A DNA stretch of 64,000 bases from Eledone cirrhosa (lineage: Eukaryota). The notes beneath the pieces are model-generated. The model saw only the letters and a program-made list of their open reading frames with translations, was not told where the DNA came from and ran no database searches. Positions 26,280 to 39,548 of this stretch are shown here, in pieces. The DNA is taken from assembly GCA_964016885.1 (NCBI GenBank), contig OZ024740.1:308636001-308700000 (forward strand), written 5' to 3'. The first letter of the stretch is position 1. Every line of letters starts with the position of its first letter. The translations under genes were made by a program, and so were the position numbers.

Positions 26280-27249
26280 ATTTGTATACTGAGGCTGTTA
26301 TAATCAGTATAGTCCATATACTAAGAGTAAACAGTGGTATTTAATGAATCATCCTCATCTTCAGTATTTTAACACCTCTGTCCATGCAAGGATGTTGTAC
26401 AGTATATCAACAATCACCTTGGTCTTTTGTTTATAATTACATCAGTGAGACCCAGAATCTTCAAATTTTAAGTAAACGTTTTTTTTCTTCAAACATAAGC
26501 CTGTTCCACCAACAGCTCACAGAACCTTTTCACTTGCCACTCATAATCCATTGACACCACATGTCTCTATCACTACAGTTATGTCTCTTTTAAATATATT
26601 GGCTGATATCTATATTGGCAGCCACTTTCTTGACTCACTCTTCTTTATCTCTCACACCAGTTAGCATTATACTACAACCAACAAATCATATTCACTTCAT
26701 TTCTTTGCATCAAGATATTTTGATTTGTGTCTTATAAACACAGTTTTAATTTACATACATACACACGAATACATATATGCCACACATACACACACACTGA
26801 TAAAGAGACAGACAGGCAGACTAATTGAGATACCTGGTAAAATCCATATATAGAATACTGTCTACTTGGAATATCGGGGTACACTGATTTTTAGAGCCAA
26901 ATGCATTGTCTGAATACATTGTGGCTGCACAAATTATTGATTTGCTTTCAAACAAGGGTTTGTTACATTGGTGCACCAAACTGCAATTACACTATTAATA
27001 ACTGCAATACAATGGAAGGAGTTAAAAATATTCATTTCTTCAGACCAGATGTTTAATACAATGTTTCTTGCTTGTTGGTTGAGTTGTTTTTAAACTCATT
27101 TCTGTCTGACTAATGGATTGAAACAATTGTTTTCTACTACTCTCATTACTTTTTATCTGTCTGTCTAATATAAATTTTTTAGCATAGGCTTGAGGCCAAA
27201 TATTGTAGGGGAGAGGCAGATACAGTCGACTGAATCAATTTTTGTGTGC

Positions 27250-27560
27250 ATATGTCATCATCATCCTCATTATATTAAGTCTGTTTTTCTATTTGCATGG
27301 ATTGAAGGAATCTTCATCACAGCATCTCACCACTTGTAGTGATGGTCTTTTATTATCTCCATGAGGTCCAGCCTCTTGACATTAGCTGTTACCACTTTTT
27401 CCCATGTCTTCATTGGTCTTCCTTTTTCACAGGTATCATACACATAGGTTCTCTTCTTCACATGCATCATATTATCCTCTACATGCATTATATATCAATA
27501 TCAGCTGTCTTCTCTCTGGCACATTACATATTATTCCTCTTAATCCAGTTTTTCTTTCAG
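27250..27560 (-). mobile_element. Highly degenerate RTE 3' end
   Basis: (CAT)n tail with aagtctgtttttctatttgcatggattg; GRPxKTW-like segment (ggaagaccaatgaagacatggg on minus). Confidence 0.5.
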
Positions 27561-29129
27561 CTCATTTCTGCTTCAGTGAAAGATTTTCTCTACTAAATTT
27601 CATTGAATTGAAAATGTTCTGTTCACTATATTACATATATGAAAACCTACTCTATAAATACATATATCCTTGTGTCTGGATGTGTGCGTATGTGTATGTA
27701 TGTGTGCATCTGTGTGTGTATGCGTGTTTTAAGAATTTTGTCATGCAATCATGTAATCTTTGGTTTGATCCTATTGCACAGCACCTTAGGCAAGAGTTTT
27801 CTAACATAACTTCAGCTGAGTCAGTGAAAATGTGTTAATAGAAACTTTGCAGAAATCTGTCAAATGGACATGTAGCAAAATAACCCTGAGGGGAATTTTG
27901 CTATAATACAGAAATGCAGTGTGTTGATGTATCATATGCCATATTTCTCAATTCCGATGAAAATGACTATGATGACACCTAAAGGTATATAAATGCAAAT
28001 CATGCTGCCCCACTCTCTCTGACTAGGCAACAGCATTTGGCTGTAGTAGTGCTGACCATTGCAGCCAACTGCTAAGCCAGACGTCAAGGCAATATCTTTA
28101 TTGCATCTCTACATTCACACATTCAATGTCTCTCTCTCTCTCTAATGCATCTTGCTTATAAATTCCACTACATCTAAAATCACATAACTTATAAGAACCC
28201 ACTCCCATGAATTGAACTCTATATTTTACCAAAGTGTTAATGAAAATATACTTATTTTAAAGTTTTGCATATTGCTTTTGTTATTGTTTGTCATATGGTT
28301 TCATTGAATTCCATGGTAATAAATAAATATATTATTAGTAGTCTTATTTCTTTGTTGGTCTGTACTAATTCCTTGGGCAAATTGCTTTCTCCACTTCATC
28401 CACATATCAAGAACTAACAGTCACATCAACCAACCAAACAAACATTTCTACTAAATAAATACAATTTGGTTTAAAAGGTCAGTATTGTTATACATTGTGT
28501 CACTTTGATACTGCCTTATTCAGCTTACATGAAGTAGACAAGTATATATAGTATAGTGAGACATATTCTGTAATACATTGAGAAGTCAGCTCTTTTTATC
28601 AAATAACTCAAACATTCATCATTAATCTCATGTGGGATCCATCATATGTACGTATATATTTTTCCAAAATGGCTTTTTTCCCACTCCCCAAATTTTTTTC
28701 TGTTCTTTCCTTTTCTCATTCTCTATCTTTCTACTTCTTTTATTTCTCATTCTATCGTGATGAACGATTAGCGTCTAAAATGTTAAGAGTTTTTTCCTAC
28801 TATATCAAGCGTTAAACTAATATTGTACTGTATTGTTTGCTTTGTTGTTTTCCGTTTACTTTTTGATTGAAGGGGGGTCTTTACCTTTTTTTACAGTTAT
28901 ATACATGTTATATTCATGTATATACCTATAAATATCAGAACAGAATAAAAAAAAAACTAAAGTGATTTTTAAAAAAGGTTATTTTTTTACCAAAGGACAC
29001 ATCCCTTGCTTCCAAAAGTATGCTCCCTGAAAATTGTAATACCATCTAACTAGTCCATCTGCTCCCTCATCTTTGATCTGGTCTGGTGATAACAACCAGA
29101 ATCTACAATCTAGTCTAAGTCTAGTCTAA

Positions 29130-29403
29130 AATCTGTCTCAAGCCAGGAGGCTGATCAGGCTGGTGCTTATCCTGGTTTCGTGGTGTGAAGCGACTGAGTA
29201 CAAGACTCCTTCCCAGGAAAAGATGCCAGTCAATCTCAGAATCAAACCCCCAGCTATTGCTGGTACTCATTTTCAGTTGAGTATACTGGAGCAACATGAA
29301 ATGAAGTGTCTTGTTTAAGATCACAACATACGCAGCCAAGGAATCAAACCCACAACATTATGATCATAAGTCCAACACCCTTACCACTAGGCCACACACC
29401 TCC
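29130..29403 (-). mobile_element. CORE-type SINE with a different 3' body (family E); second copy at about 62860-63100 (-)
   Basis: Minus-strand tRNA head gtggcctagtggtaagggtgttg and CORE-like caagacacttcatttcatgttgctccag; body gctggtgcttatcctggtttc shared by both copies. Confidence 0.7.
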
Positions 29404-29694
29404 ACAATCTACAGGAGCACAGAAATAAACTAGACAGAAGGAAGTGTGCTTGTCCAGTCTGCAATATTGCGTGCTATACAATTAACCACTGCAAGTTGGC
29501 CAATTGTATATGTATGGTCATCAGGTAGATGTTGGCATGGTATGTTGTTTAACCTATTATTTCTGTGCCACCAGATGCTCTGTCAGAGCTAACACTACCA
29601 ACAACAATAATATAGTAATCTGTGACACTGGATTTATGGATTACACCTCATACTTCCACTGGTTACTTACATGATCTAAGTCTGTTTGATCTGG

Positions 29695-30127
29695 GCTTCT
29701 TCTTCTTCGCCCACTTATTCCTGAGAGGGTCACGGGGTCAGAGTCCTCAAACACCCTTCCAGCGTGTCCTGTTAGAAGCAACCATTTCCAACTGATCTGG
29801 CTGGATCCCCAAGTGAGGCCAGCCGAGCTCATGGATGTTATCCAACCATCTTGCTTGGGGTCTACCCCTGTGTCCCCTCCCAGTTGGTTTTGCCTGTAAA
29901 ATCTGTCCGATTCTTTCCTGAGATATTCTAACCACATACCCATAGTATTGGAGCTGTGATTTCTTAATTCAGAGAAGTAACAGTTCTACCTGGAGTGATT
30001 CTCTGATCTCCGAGTTATGCACTTTATTGAGTAATGTTACCCCAAAGACCCTTCAGAGGAACACTATTTCAGTCACTTTTATTCACAATCGTATTCCTTC
30101 GGTCATTATCCAAGATTCATGACCATC
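29695..30127 (-). mobile_element. RTE-clade LINE 3' end, second RTE family, (GAA)n tail
   Basis: GHESWIMTE..., QILQAKPTGRGHRGRPQARWLDNIHEL. Confidence 0.85.
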
Positions 30128-30154
30128 GGTAGGCACAAATACCAAATTGAAATT

Positions 30155-30345
30155 AGGTGCATCCTCACGAGGTGGAGGGAATACTTTGCTGATCTCCTTA
30201 ACCCAATCACAATAGCATCTTCTGATGTACACGAGGTGCATCTGGGAGTGATGACTAATCTTTCTGAGGCTGAGGTCACAAGAGCAATTAAAGTGCTCAA
30301 ATGTTACAAGGCCACTGGAGAGGATGAAATTTGGCCGAGATATTA
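30155..30345 (+). mobile_element. RTE ORF fragment (pre-RT linker), inverted relative to the adjacent 3' end
   Basis: ILTRWREYFADLLNP...LSEAEVTRAIKVLKCYKATGEDEI. Confidence 0.8.
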
Positions 30346-31446
30346 AGTTTGATCAGGGCTAACCTAATAAATGAGGCAGTTATATAACAACACCACCACC
30401 ACCACCAACAACAATCAAACAACGATGACCACCACCACCACCAACAGCAACAACAACAAGAGCAGTAGTGGCAACAGCAGTAGCAAAATAGTGAACAAAA
30501 AGGAGTGTCTTGAGGCAAATCACAGACTCATTGTTATAATTTATTTTTGGTTATCTTGAAGAATTTCCTGTCTGTAAGAGGTTGTGATGGTTATGGAGAG
30601 TATGTTGGTGATGAGAGTGATAGGTGGGGTGTAGTAGAGTTACTAAGAAATAGTGGTGGTGATGGTGGTGGTGGTGGTGGTGAAGGGTTGGTGTGATCAT
30701 TGATAAGAAATGAGAGACTGGTTATGCAAGAGTGGCTATGCTGGTTGTAGTGGTGGTAATAATAGGACATAAGAAGTCTTTTCCATTGCCTATTTGGTTT
30801 TTCAGTTTGTTTGTTTTTTGTGTTTTGTTTTTTCTCTTTCTCCTTTTCTGTTTCTCTATATATCAGTCTGTCTGTCTGTCTTTTTCTCTCCTCTTATACT
30901 TCTACCACTTAATTAATACATGCTACCATCTTAACTACTACAACCAACACTGCCACAACACCAACACCACTAATGCCATTCTACTACAACTACCACCATC
31001 ACAACACCAACACCACTAATGCCATTCTACTACAACCAACACTGCCACAACACCAACACCACTAATACCATTCTACTACAACTACCACCATCACAACACC
31101 AACACCACTAATGCCATTCTACTACAACCAACACTCCCATAAAACCACCACCACAACACCAACACCATAAATGCAACCCTACTGCAACCACATCCACAAC
31201 ACCAATACCACAAATGCTATCTTACTATAACCACCTACTACCACAACACTACAACCACCACCACAACACCAACACCAGAAATGCCATCCTACTACCACCT
31301 ACCACCACAATACTACAACTACCACAACAACAACACCACCATGCAGGTTTCACTGAAAAGTCTTAACCTCTGTCTATATTGACACAATGTCTCTGTCAGT
31401 TTCCTGTTGCCTCAGTGTTGCAAGGATGTATTGCATCATTAAACAC

Positions 31447-32355
31447 ACCACTAGTTTAACTACCAGCCTATATACACCTATCACAGCTATACTCTCTCTA
31501 TATACACACACCACAGCTATACACTATCTATATACACACATCACAGCTATACACTGTCTATATACACACACCGGTAGTTTAACTACCAGCCTATATAAAC
31601 TCTCTATATACACACATGACAGCTATACACTGCCTATATACACACATCATAGCTATACACTGCCTATACACACACATCACAGCTATACACTGCCTATATA
31701 CACACATGACAGCTATACACTGTCTATATACACACACCAGTAGTTTAACTACCAGTCTATATAAACTCTCTATATACACACATGACAGCTATACACTGCC
31801 TATATACACACATCACAACTATACACTGCCTATATACACACATCACAGCTATACGCTGCCTATATACACACACCACAGCTATACACTGTCTATATACACA
31901 CATCACAGCTATACACTGCCTATATACACACATCACAGCTATACACTGCCTATATACACACATCACAGCTATACACTGCTTATATACACACATCACAGCT
32001 ATACACTGTCTATATACACACACCAGTAGTTTAACTACCAGCCTATATACACTCTCTATATACACACATCACAGCTACACACTGCCTATATACATACACC
32101 ACAGCTATATACTGCCTATATACACACATCACAGCTACACACTGCCTATATACATACACCACAGCTATATACTGCCTATATACACACATGACAGCTATAC
32201 ACTGCCTATATACATACACCACAGCTATATACTGCCTATATACACACATCACAGCTATACACTGCCTATATACATACACCACAGCTATACACTGCCTATA
32301 TACATACACCACAGCTATACACTGCCTATATACACACATCACAGCTATACACTAA
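31447..32355. repeat. 30-bp minisatellite punctuated by a recurring variant unit
   Basis: Unit tatatacacacatcacagctatacactgcc; tagtttaactaccag-containing unit at about 31452, 31575, 31741 and 32027. Confidence 0.95.
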
Positions 32356-33209
32356 ATGTATATATACATCATCTTGCCCACTCACACTTCCCAGTCATAA
32401 TATCTCCCCATCAGTTAACTATCTCACTCATCTTGTCCATATCCAACTTGCATACTCTCCCCCCCAAGCCCCACCTTCTTCACCCATGATACACCTCCTA
32501 GGGCTAACCCATGCATAAAAGCATGGAAGGCTAGAAACACTCCATGATGATGCTGCCATGACAAAAAAAGCACTATGTCCATCCTGTGTGGTGGTTATGC
32601 TGGTGACGCAAGAGGCTCCCAGCCCACCCTGTATAGTGGTTGTATTGCTGATACAAAAAAAGCACCCAGTCCATTCTGCAAGGTTGTCAAGCTGGTGACA
32701 CAAGGCACAAGGGAAAAAAACACCAGACCACCCTGTTAGATGGTTATTTTGGTGCCACGATAAGTAGGCTCTTCCTCACTAAGTATGTATATAGAAAGTT
32801 ATTCAACAGACAAAATTTGATGATAAGCTTTAGCTCTGCTCCCAGATTTAAAAGCCAAGGAATGCATAAACCTTCATGAGCTGACATGGCTTGTTGTTCA
32901 TGTAAGAATAGTGCAGCATGCACACTAGATGGGCCTATAAAACATATATACATGTATGTGTGAATGTACATATGTATGTACGTATGTATGTTCTTCTGGT
33001 TTTATAATTTTATATATTGTTACCAATAGAGAGAGAGAGTCAGTTTCTAACGTAGTCACAAGACTCTTTTATTGGAATTTAGACAACACCAACTAGGTAG
33101 ATATGTCTGCATGCATGCGTGTGTGTGTGCAGGTATGAATGTTATTGTATGTGTGGATGTGTATATTTTGAGTTATATGTGTGCACGTGCATATGTGTTG
33201 TATCTGTAC

Positions 33210-34095
33210 ATGTGTACATGCAGAATTTTTGGAATGTTTTACATATTTTTACTGTTCCATTAATGCATTGTACTCGTAATTTCCTAACTAGTCGTGTTCT
33301 TTCTGTTTCTGTGAAGCCCAGCTTCTCAAGATTTGTATTGAGGCAGTTGCTAACATATCCCCAGTGCCCCAATAATCGCAGGTATAAATCTGAAGATATA
33401 GTCAGGGTGCAGTATCTGCATATTCCTCATTAGTTCTGATTAGATATTCTCTTATTTGCTAATCTTTAATATTATATTGGCATCTGCTGGGCAGCTAACT
33501 TCCACTACTGTACATGTCTTCTTTTTCCTGTCCCATATCATTATATCTTGTCTGTTATGCCTGCATTTTATTGGGGTTTTTACTGAAACATTCTACTAGT
33601 ACTTTTCCATATTATGTATGTCTTCCACATTGCTGTAACTTTTAATGTTTACTGCCAAGGTTATCTTTCCTACCGATTGCATTGTATAGTGTTTTGGACA
33701 ATACATCATGCCACATAGGTAGATAGTACCATGATGACTTCTTTGGACAGCTGCTTATGGCATGGGTGACATCTTCGATGTTAATTCTATAGAGTCTGCA
33801 TTTGTTGTCACATCTAGGTGTTTTGCCTGCATCCCTATTTCTTTTGTGAATCAGGTATTTTGTGTTGATTTCCTGTTCTTGGATTGAAATAGCATATCCT
33901 TCAAAGTAAGAGCCAATATAGCGGTTGTTGGTCGAAGATAGACTACTTTGCTTATCTATATTACTCTCACTCTCCATGCATGATTTTTTGCTCATAAGCA
34001 TGAAGTTTTTCATCCATAGATTCACTGCAGTGAGCTTTTATTTATCATGCAGGGAGTATCTTTCAAGGAATTCCTTTACAACTCTACTGATCTTT
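33210..34095 (-). mobile_element. R4/Dong-like non-LTR retrotransposon 3' fragment (zinc knuckle + restriction-like endonuclease)
   Basis: EQKIMHG, YFEGYAISIQEQEINTKY, CRLY...EDVTHAISSC, WHDVL, HNRQDIMIWD...VVEVSCPAD, FIPAIIG...LRVQCINGTVKICKTF; stops and frameshifts. Confidence 0.85.
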
Positions 34096-34162
34096 CAAAT
34101 GGCAAGAGCTCAGCGATTGGGCCCCGACTCTTTTTAATATACATATATATATATATATATAT

Positions 34163-34492
34163 ATCATCATCATCATCATTTCATTTTACGTCCGCTTTTT
34201 CCCTGCTTGCAAGGGTGGGACGGGAACTGATTCTGGCTTAATTTCTACAGCTGGATGCCCTTCCTAACACCAACCTCATTTACAGTGAGTGCTGGGTGCT
34301 TTTTTGCCGTGGGACCTCCACGACCACTCATTCCCTATCATTCCACTCCATCTCATTTCTACAGCTGACTAAACTGGAGCAATGTGAAATAAAGTGTCTT
34401 GCTCAAGGAAACAACACATCACCCGGTCTGAGAATTGAACTCACAACGTTTCGATTGCAAGGCCAATGCTCTAACCACTAAGCCATGTGCCC
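34163..34492 (-). mobile_element. Composite CORE/RTE-tail SINE
   Basis: Reverse complement of the 58251 copy, differing mainly at the hairpin junction. Confidence 0.85.
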
Positions 34493-34548
34493 CCATATAT
34501 ATATATATGTATGTATGTGTGTGTGTATGTATATATATATTGTATATA

Positions 34549-34581
<33 letters not shown>

Positions 34582-34690
34582 TTATTAAAATATTATTTTA
34601 ATAAATATTTGCTCTACGGTTCTTATATATTTGATATATATTTTCCTTATCGAGCCCTCTTTGGATTTTAGTCTTCACTTTTATTATTAT

Positions 34691-34747
<57 letters not shown>

Positions 34748-35861
34748 ATATATATGTGTGTGTGTATATATTATATATATACACACACACACAGACATGT
34801 CTATATATAAACATGTCTGTACATGTGACTAGAGAATTCCTTGGTCACCAGTTACCGGAAGCACCTTCCTCACAAAATTCACGACTGTATGTTTAGATAA
34901 ACAGATGATGAAAATATTTTGTTTTTTTTATAGAGAGGAGTGTTTCGTTTGTGTTTGTTGGCTTGTTATTTTATAACTGCTACTTTTGTTATTGTAGTTG
35001 TAGTTATGAATGATACTTTTGTCGTTGTAGTAGTTGTAGTTGCTCTTGATGCTGCTATTATTAGTGTTGTTGTTCTAACTACCATTGCCATTAATACTAT
35101 TGGTGGTGTTGTTGTTGATGTGAATGTTTTATTTAACACTGGGACGGTTCCGATTCAGTAGAGTTATAATCTAAAGCATTTCAGCCTTTATTACCAAATA
35201 TGGTGTATCTAAATCTATGTATATTATCCAATGTGTCTTTTATATTTTTCTTAAGATAGTTCGATGTGATTTGAAGACGATTAATTGCTATATCCAGCAG
35301 ATTAGGCAAGTAATAGGGGGCTCCTTTGTTGGCTCATGGTGGTTTGTAACTACTGAACTACTCTTACAGTAAATTAAAAAAATATTATCACCACCATCAT
35401 CAGCATCGCTATCATAGTTATAGTTGCTAATACTGTTGTTGTAATGATTGTAGCTACCACTGTTGTTGTATGTATCAGAATATCAATTTAGTGTGGTGTG
35501 TTGTATATTTTCAGACATGTTTCTCATCTATTTAGGTATATTTAGGCTAAAGATGTACTTGGAGAAAGTAGACAGCTAAGTCGATAAAATGGTGGTCAAA
35601 CAATTGAAAGGTCAGCATTTCGTATCCTATTACCAGAGCAAGCTGGAAGTATTCGTTCTGACTCTCTGCTCTCTAATTTCGGATTCCCCTGAAGTCACCT
35701 TTATCTTTCATCCTTTCGAGATCGAGAAATACAATATCGGTTCAGTACTTGAGTCGATTCTTCATTTATCTCCATTTCTCAATTTCTCAATTTCTCTCTC
35801 TTTTTCTGGGAGAGATTGGCTTTGTTCAGACCTGGAGAGGGATGGGCTCCACCAGGTGTAT

Positions 35862-37658
35862 ATATATATATATTTTTTAACACTTTAGTCTTTATTGTGT
35901 TGTATCAGATGAAAGAATGGTATTTAACTAATGTATTGCTACGCGATGGGGCTCACCCACAGCCCCGGCGGACAGAATGGAGAAGGCGTTTCCCCGGAGG
36001 ACGGCAAGGGAGACGCGCTGGAAAAGCCACTCCAACTCGCGGGGCTCACACCTGCGGCTGGCCAGCTCAGCGCCTATGGTGGTGAGTAAGGGGGTAGCCC
36101 TGGGGCCGAGGACACCAGAAGTCTCCACTGCCAGGGGAACGACCGCAAACCTGTCGGAGAGCGACCGGTATTTGAGGAGTTTGGCCCCCTCAGCCCGACG
36201 TGCAGCAGAACCTGGGTCAGTCGCAGACTGCACCAGGTTGCGGCTGCAGAAAGTGTCGGTGCAAGTGGCATCCCAGACGAGGGGTTTGCCACCGCGAACG
36301 GGAAGATGGTCATGCCATCTGGCCTTTTGCCGTCCCCTCGATCCAGCCCCACCGGCTCGAGCTGGGAAGGGAAGCCTGCAGCGTCCAAGCCATGCTTAAT
36401 GACCTCGTTGAGAGCAGCATGGCGTGGAATGCGGCCGGCACTGTGGCAACAGGAAAGCGGGTGGAGGCCGAAAGAGTCCACGGTGGAACCGCAATGACAT
36501 TGGTGTGGCTGGCAGATCCGGAGGCCGAGCCCCAGGGAAACGCCGATTCGCAGGCTGTGGTTGTCTAGCTGCGTGCCAGTGGAGAAGGAGGGCAGAGCAT
36601 GGAGCCAGGCACCACTGTGGGGTTTGGAGGACGCACGAAAACAAGCAAGGCGGTGCTGGTCGAGCTGGCGCGTGAGCCTGTCTGAGGCCAGGCTGCACTG
36701 GATGGCATCCCAAGGGCGTTGCTAAGGAGACTTGACGTCAACAGGGGGAGAAGGAGGAGGGACGTCTACTGGGCTAAGTCCCAGCCGCTCCTACGTCTCA
36801 CAGGCGGCCTCACGTTCTCTGAATACAGAGGGTTCTGTTGTGTTTTGAAGAACCCTGCTGACGAGGTTACCGACGAAAGATACGCCGACAAAGCTAGTGA
36901 GATCGGGGACCGGAGGCCAAGGTCGCCATACCTGACCGGTAAAGTGGCCTGTTGCTACCCTATGTCGTCAAACTTGACGTTGCATATCTCCTCGGCTGCT
37001 GCTCGGATACAAGTATCGAGGTCAGCGAGGAGAGATGTCTGGGTGTAGCATGGAGCGCTGCGGAGTGTATAGAGGAGCTTCGGCATGGCGAAGCAGTTCC
37101 TCAGCAGAAAGAGAGCTGGGTGGCCGTCAATCAAGCCCAGTCGGTTCGTGAGAGTCTGGAGCTGTTGAAGCCTGGACCTGATGGTGGAGCGGATGGCCGG
37201 CGGGTGGATCGGTGACCTGAGGATGAGGACATCCTCTTTGGGGGTCACCTGAACCTGGCGGAGAATGGACCGCACGTCCAAGACGGAGGCTGCAAAGCTC
37301 GCAGCATCGAGGCTGACGTTCACCACCTCCGACTTGGCCGCGTTGACCTGGAGGCCGATTTCCGCCAGGGCAGGAATCACCGATTGAAGGTCTTGGCAGA
37401 CCGTCCGTACGGGCCCGCCCAACGTAGCATCATCCAGATACCAAACGTTGAGAGGGGCCGTGATACTCCGGGCGATGTGGTCAATACCAAGGGCGAACAG
37501 GAGGGGTCCCAAAGGGTCACCCCGTTGGAGTCAGTAGCCGAGGGTATGACCGTATCACCAGATAGGGGCATGCTCGGGGCTCCATATGACAGGTAGGCCA
37601 GCGGGTAGGCAGAGGGGGTTCGGCTGAGGCAGGCTTCGAGCAGATGATCCCGGTGTAA
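35862..37658 (-). mobile_element. CRE-clade non-LTR retrotransposon, 5'-truncated, GC-rich, pseudogenised
   Basis: RT motifs GDPLGPLLFAL and WYLDD; CHC...HPLSC zinc knuckle; RHAALN, KRPDG, LVWDATC, VPLAVETSG and QRVSLAVLRGNA endonuclease motifs. AATAAA and short A-run at the 3' end. In-frame TAG at 36955 and frameshifts near 36290 and 37525. Confidence 0.9.
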
Positions 37659-38519
37659 AGGTGTATTATAGTGGTACTTTTGTTTTACTCCATCAGGAAT
37701 TTAGTGGCCAAGTAAGGATGGGTCTTATCATCAACAGTGGTATTTTGTCTGTAACCAACAACCAAGGCCACCTAGCTGTAAGTAGGTACCACCATAAAAC
37801 AGTGCCCACTTCAGTACTATAAGCAGATACTAAAGAGTAGTTTGGACTACGTAGTTTAAGTACCACACAATGGTATATAACTCATTTAAGTAGCAGCGTA
37901 TCACTGGCCTGCAGTCATGAGTTCAGTTTCTTCTGTGTGAATAGCTAACTGTGATAGACGAGTAAACCTTCTTGGGATAATATTTATTCTCATCTCCTCA
38001 ATGCTACAGAAAACTAGAGATAAGAATTGTCTCTAGGGATCCTTGTGATTTGGTCGATCTGTTCATAGACTGTCAGATAAAATCCTCTGCTGGTGTTTTA
38101 ATTGTATTTCATTGGGATTAACGCTATATAGTGCAGTACATAGCTATCTGTAGCATTAGGTGTATACCTATTTCTTTTTAAGACAGTAGGGTGTGATTTG
38201 AGAAAAATTTGGCTGCTATTTTTAGCAGGACAAACAACCAGGTGGAAACTCCTTCATTCTTGCTGATGTTATTGTTGTTGTTTACTCTCATTGTTAGCTC
38301 TGATTGATTAGACCTACGATCAAAGGTATTCCAACAAGGACCATCCTGTATTTATATATTTTTTCCTCCTATAATGATATTATCTAATGTGTCCTTCCTT
38401 GTAAAAGACAGTGGTGATTGGCTTGAGAGAGATTTGACTGCTACTTCTAGCTAATTCATCAGCCATGAAGAGACCCTCTTGTTGGTTTGCAGTAGCTAAT
38501 GTTGTTTGTGTGGTGCAGT

Positions 38520-39090
38520 GTTCTATGGTAAAGTGTAGGATGGTGAGGAGAGATACAGTGTACTATAGTGTTGTGTAGTATTGTAATGTGTGATGCAGTA
38601 TGGTATGGTTTGATGTGGTGTTGTGTGGTGTAGTATAGTGTGGTGTTGTATAGTGTTGTTCAGTGTTGTATGGGGTTATGTGGTTTGGTGAGGTGTGGTA
38701 TTGTGTGGTGTAGTGTAATGTTGTGTTGAACTGTGTGGTGTGGTGTAATGTTGTATTGTACGGTGTGGTGTGGTGTTGTGCTGTTTAGTGTCGTGTATGT
38801 ATATGGTATATTATATGGCCTAGTGTAATCATGTCTATGTACGTATGTGCGTGTAGCTTATGATGTATGTATGTATGTATGTACATATATATGTATGTAC
38901 GTGTGTATGTCTATATGTATGTATGTATGTATGTATATGTGTGTATTCATGTATATACGTATATACGTATGCATGTCTATATGTGTGTATGTATGCATGT
39001 ATATACATATATATGTATGTACGTATGTATGTGTGTGTGTATGCATGTATATATGTATGTCTATATATATACTGTATGTATGTGTGTGTA
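38520..39090. repeat. (GTGTG/TTGTG)n and (TATG)n low-complexity arrays
   Basis: Direct inspection. Confidence 0.85.
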
Positions 39091-39548
39091 TCTTGTTATG
39101 ATGCGGAAATAGCGTTGTTTTTCTATGGTTTGTAGCATTGTTTTCTGTAGCTGCTATTTGTTCTAACTGCCGGTGCTGTTCTCAATGGTACATATAATCA
39201 ATATTCTAGTCATTTCCAAACAACTACAACAACTATAACTACAACTATAACTACAGTAATCAATATTTCCCTAGTTCTTCCTTTTGGCTGTTTTAGAAAG
39301 AATTTGGTGTCTTCGTGTGTTTGTTAACCCCTTGTCCTTGTTGGCTAGGCTGACTTCTTCCTAAGGCAACTTAGTAAATAAACCACTTCAGAGGTTGTTA
39401 TAGTGGTGGGGTGGTGAGCTTGTTTGACAAGTGATTTTTTTTTTAAATAAAAAAAAAAGTTGTCATCTGTCCTTTCTATTGGTTCTGATTTCTGTGTGTG
39501 TGTGTGTGGGGGGGGGGGGGGTTATCAGAGATGGTCATATATATTAGA

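Noticed and set aside
34097-34145. SSAIGPRLFLIYI resembling an RT QGSxLGPxLFxIYI motif
   Set aside because: Too short, and partly produced by the (TA)n tract; the related copy at about 58650 does not keep the motif.
37697-37711. Possible 15-nt microexon (ccatcag GAATTTAGTGGCCAA gtaagg)
   Set aside because: No protein similarity or other support; such AG...GT pairs are frequent by chance.
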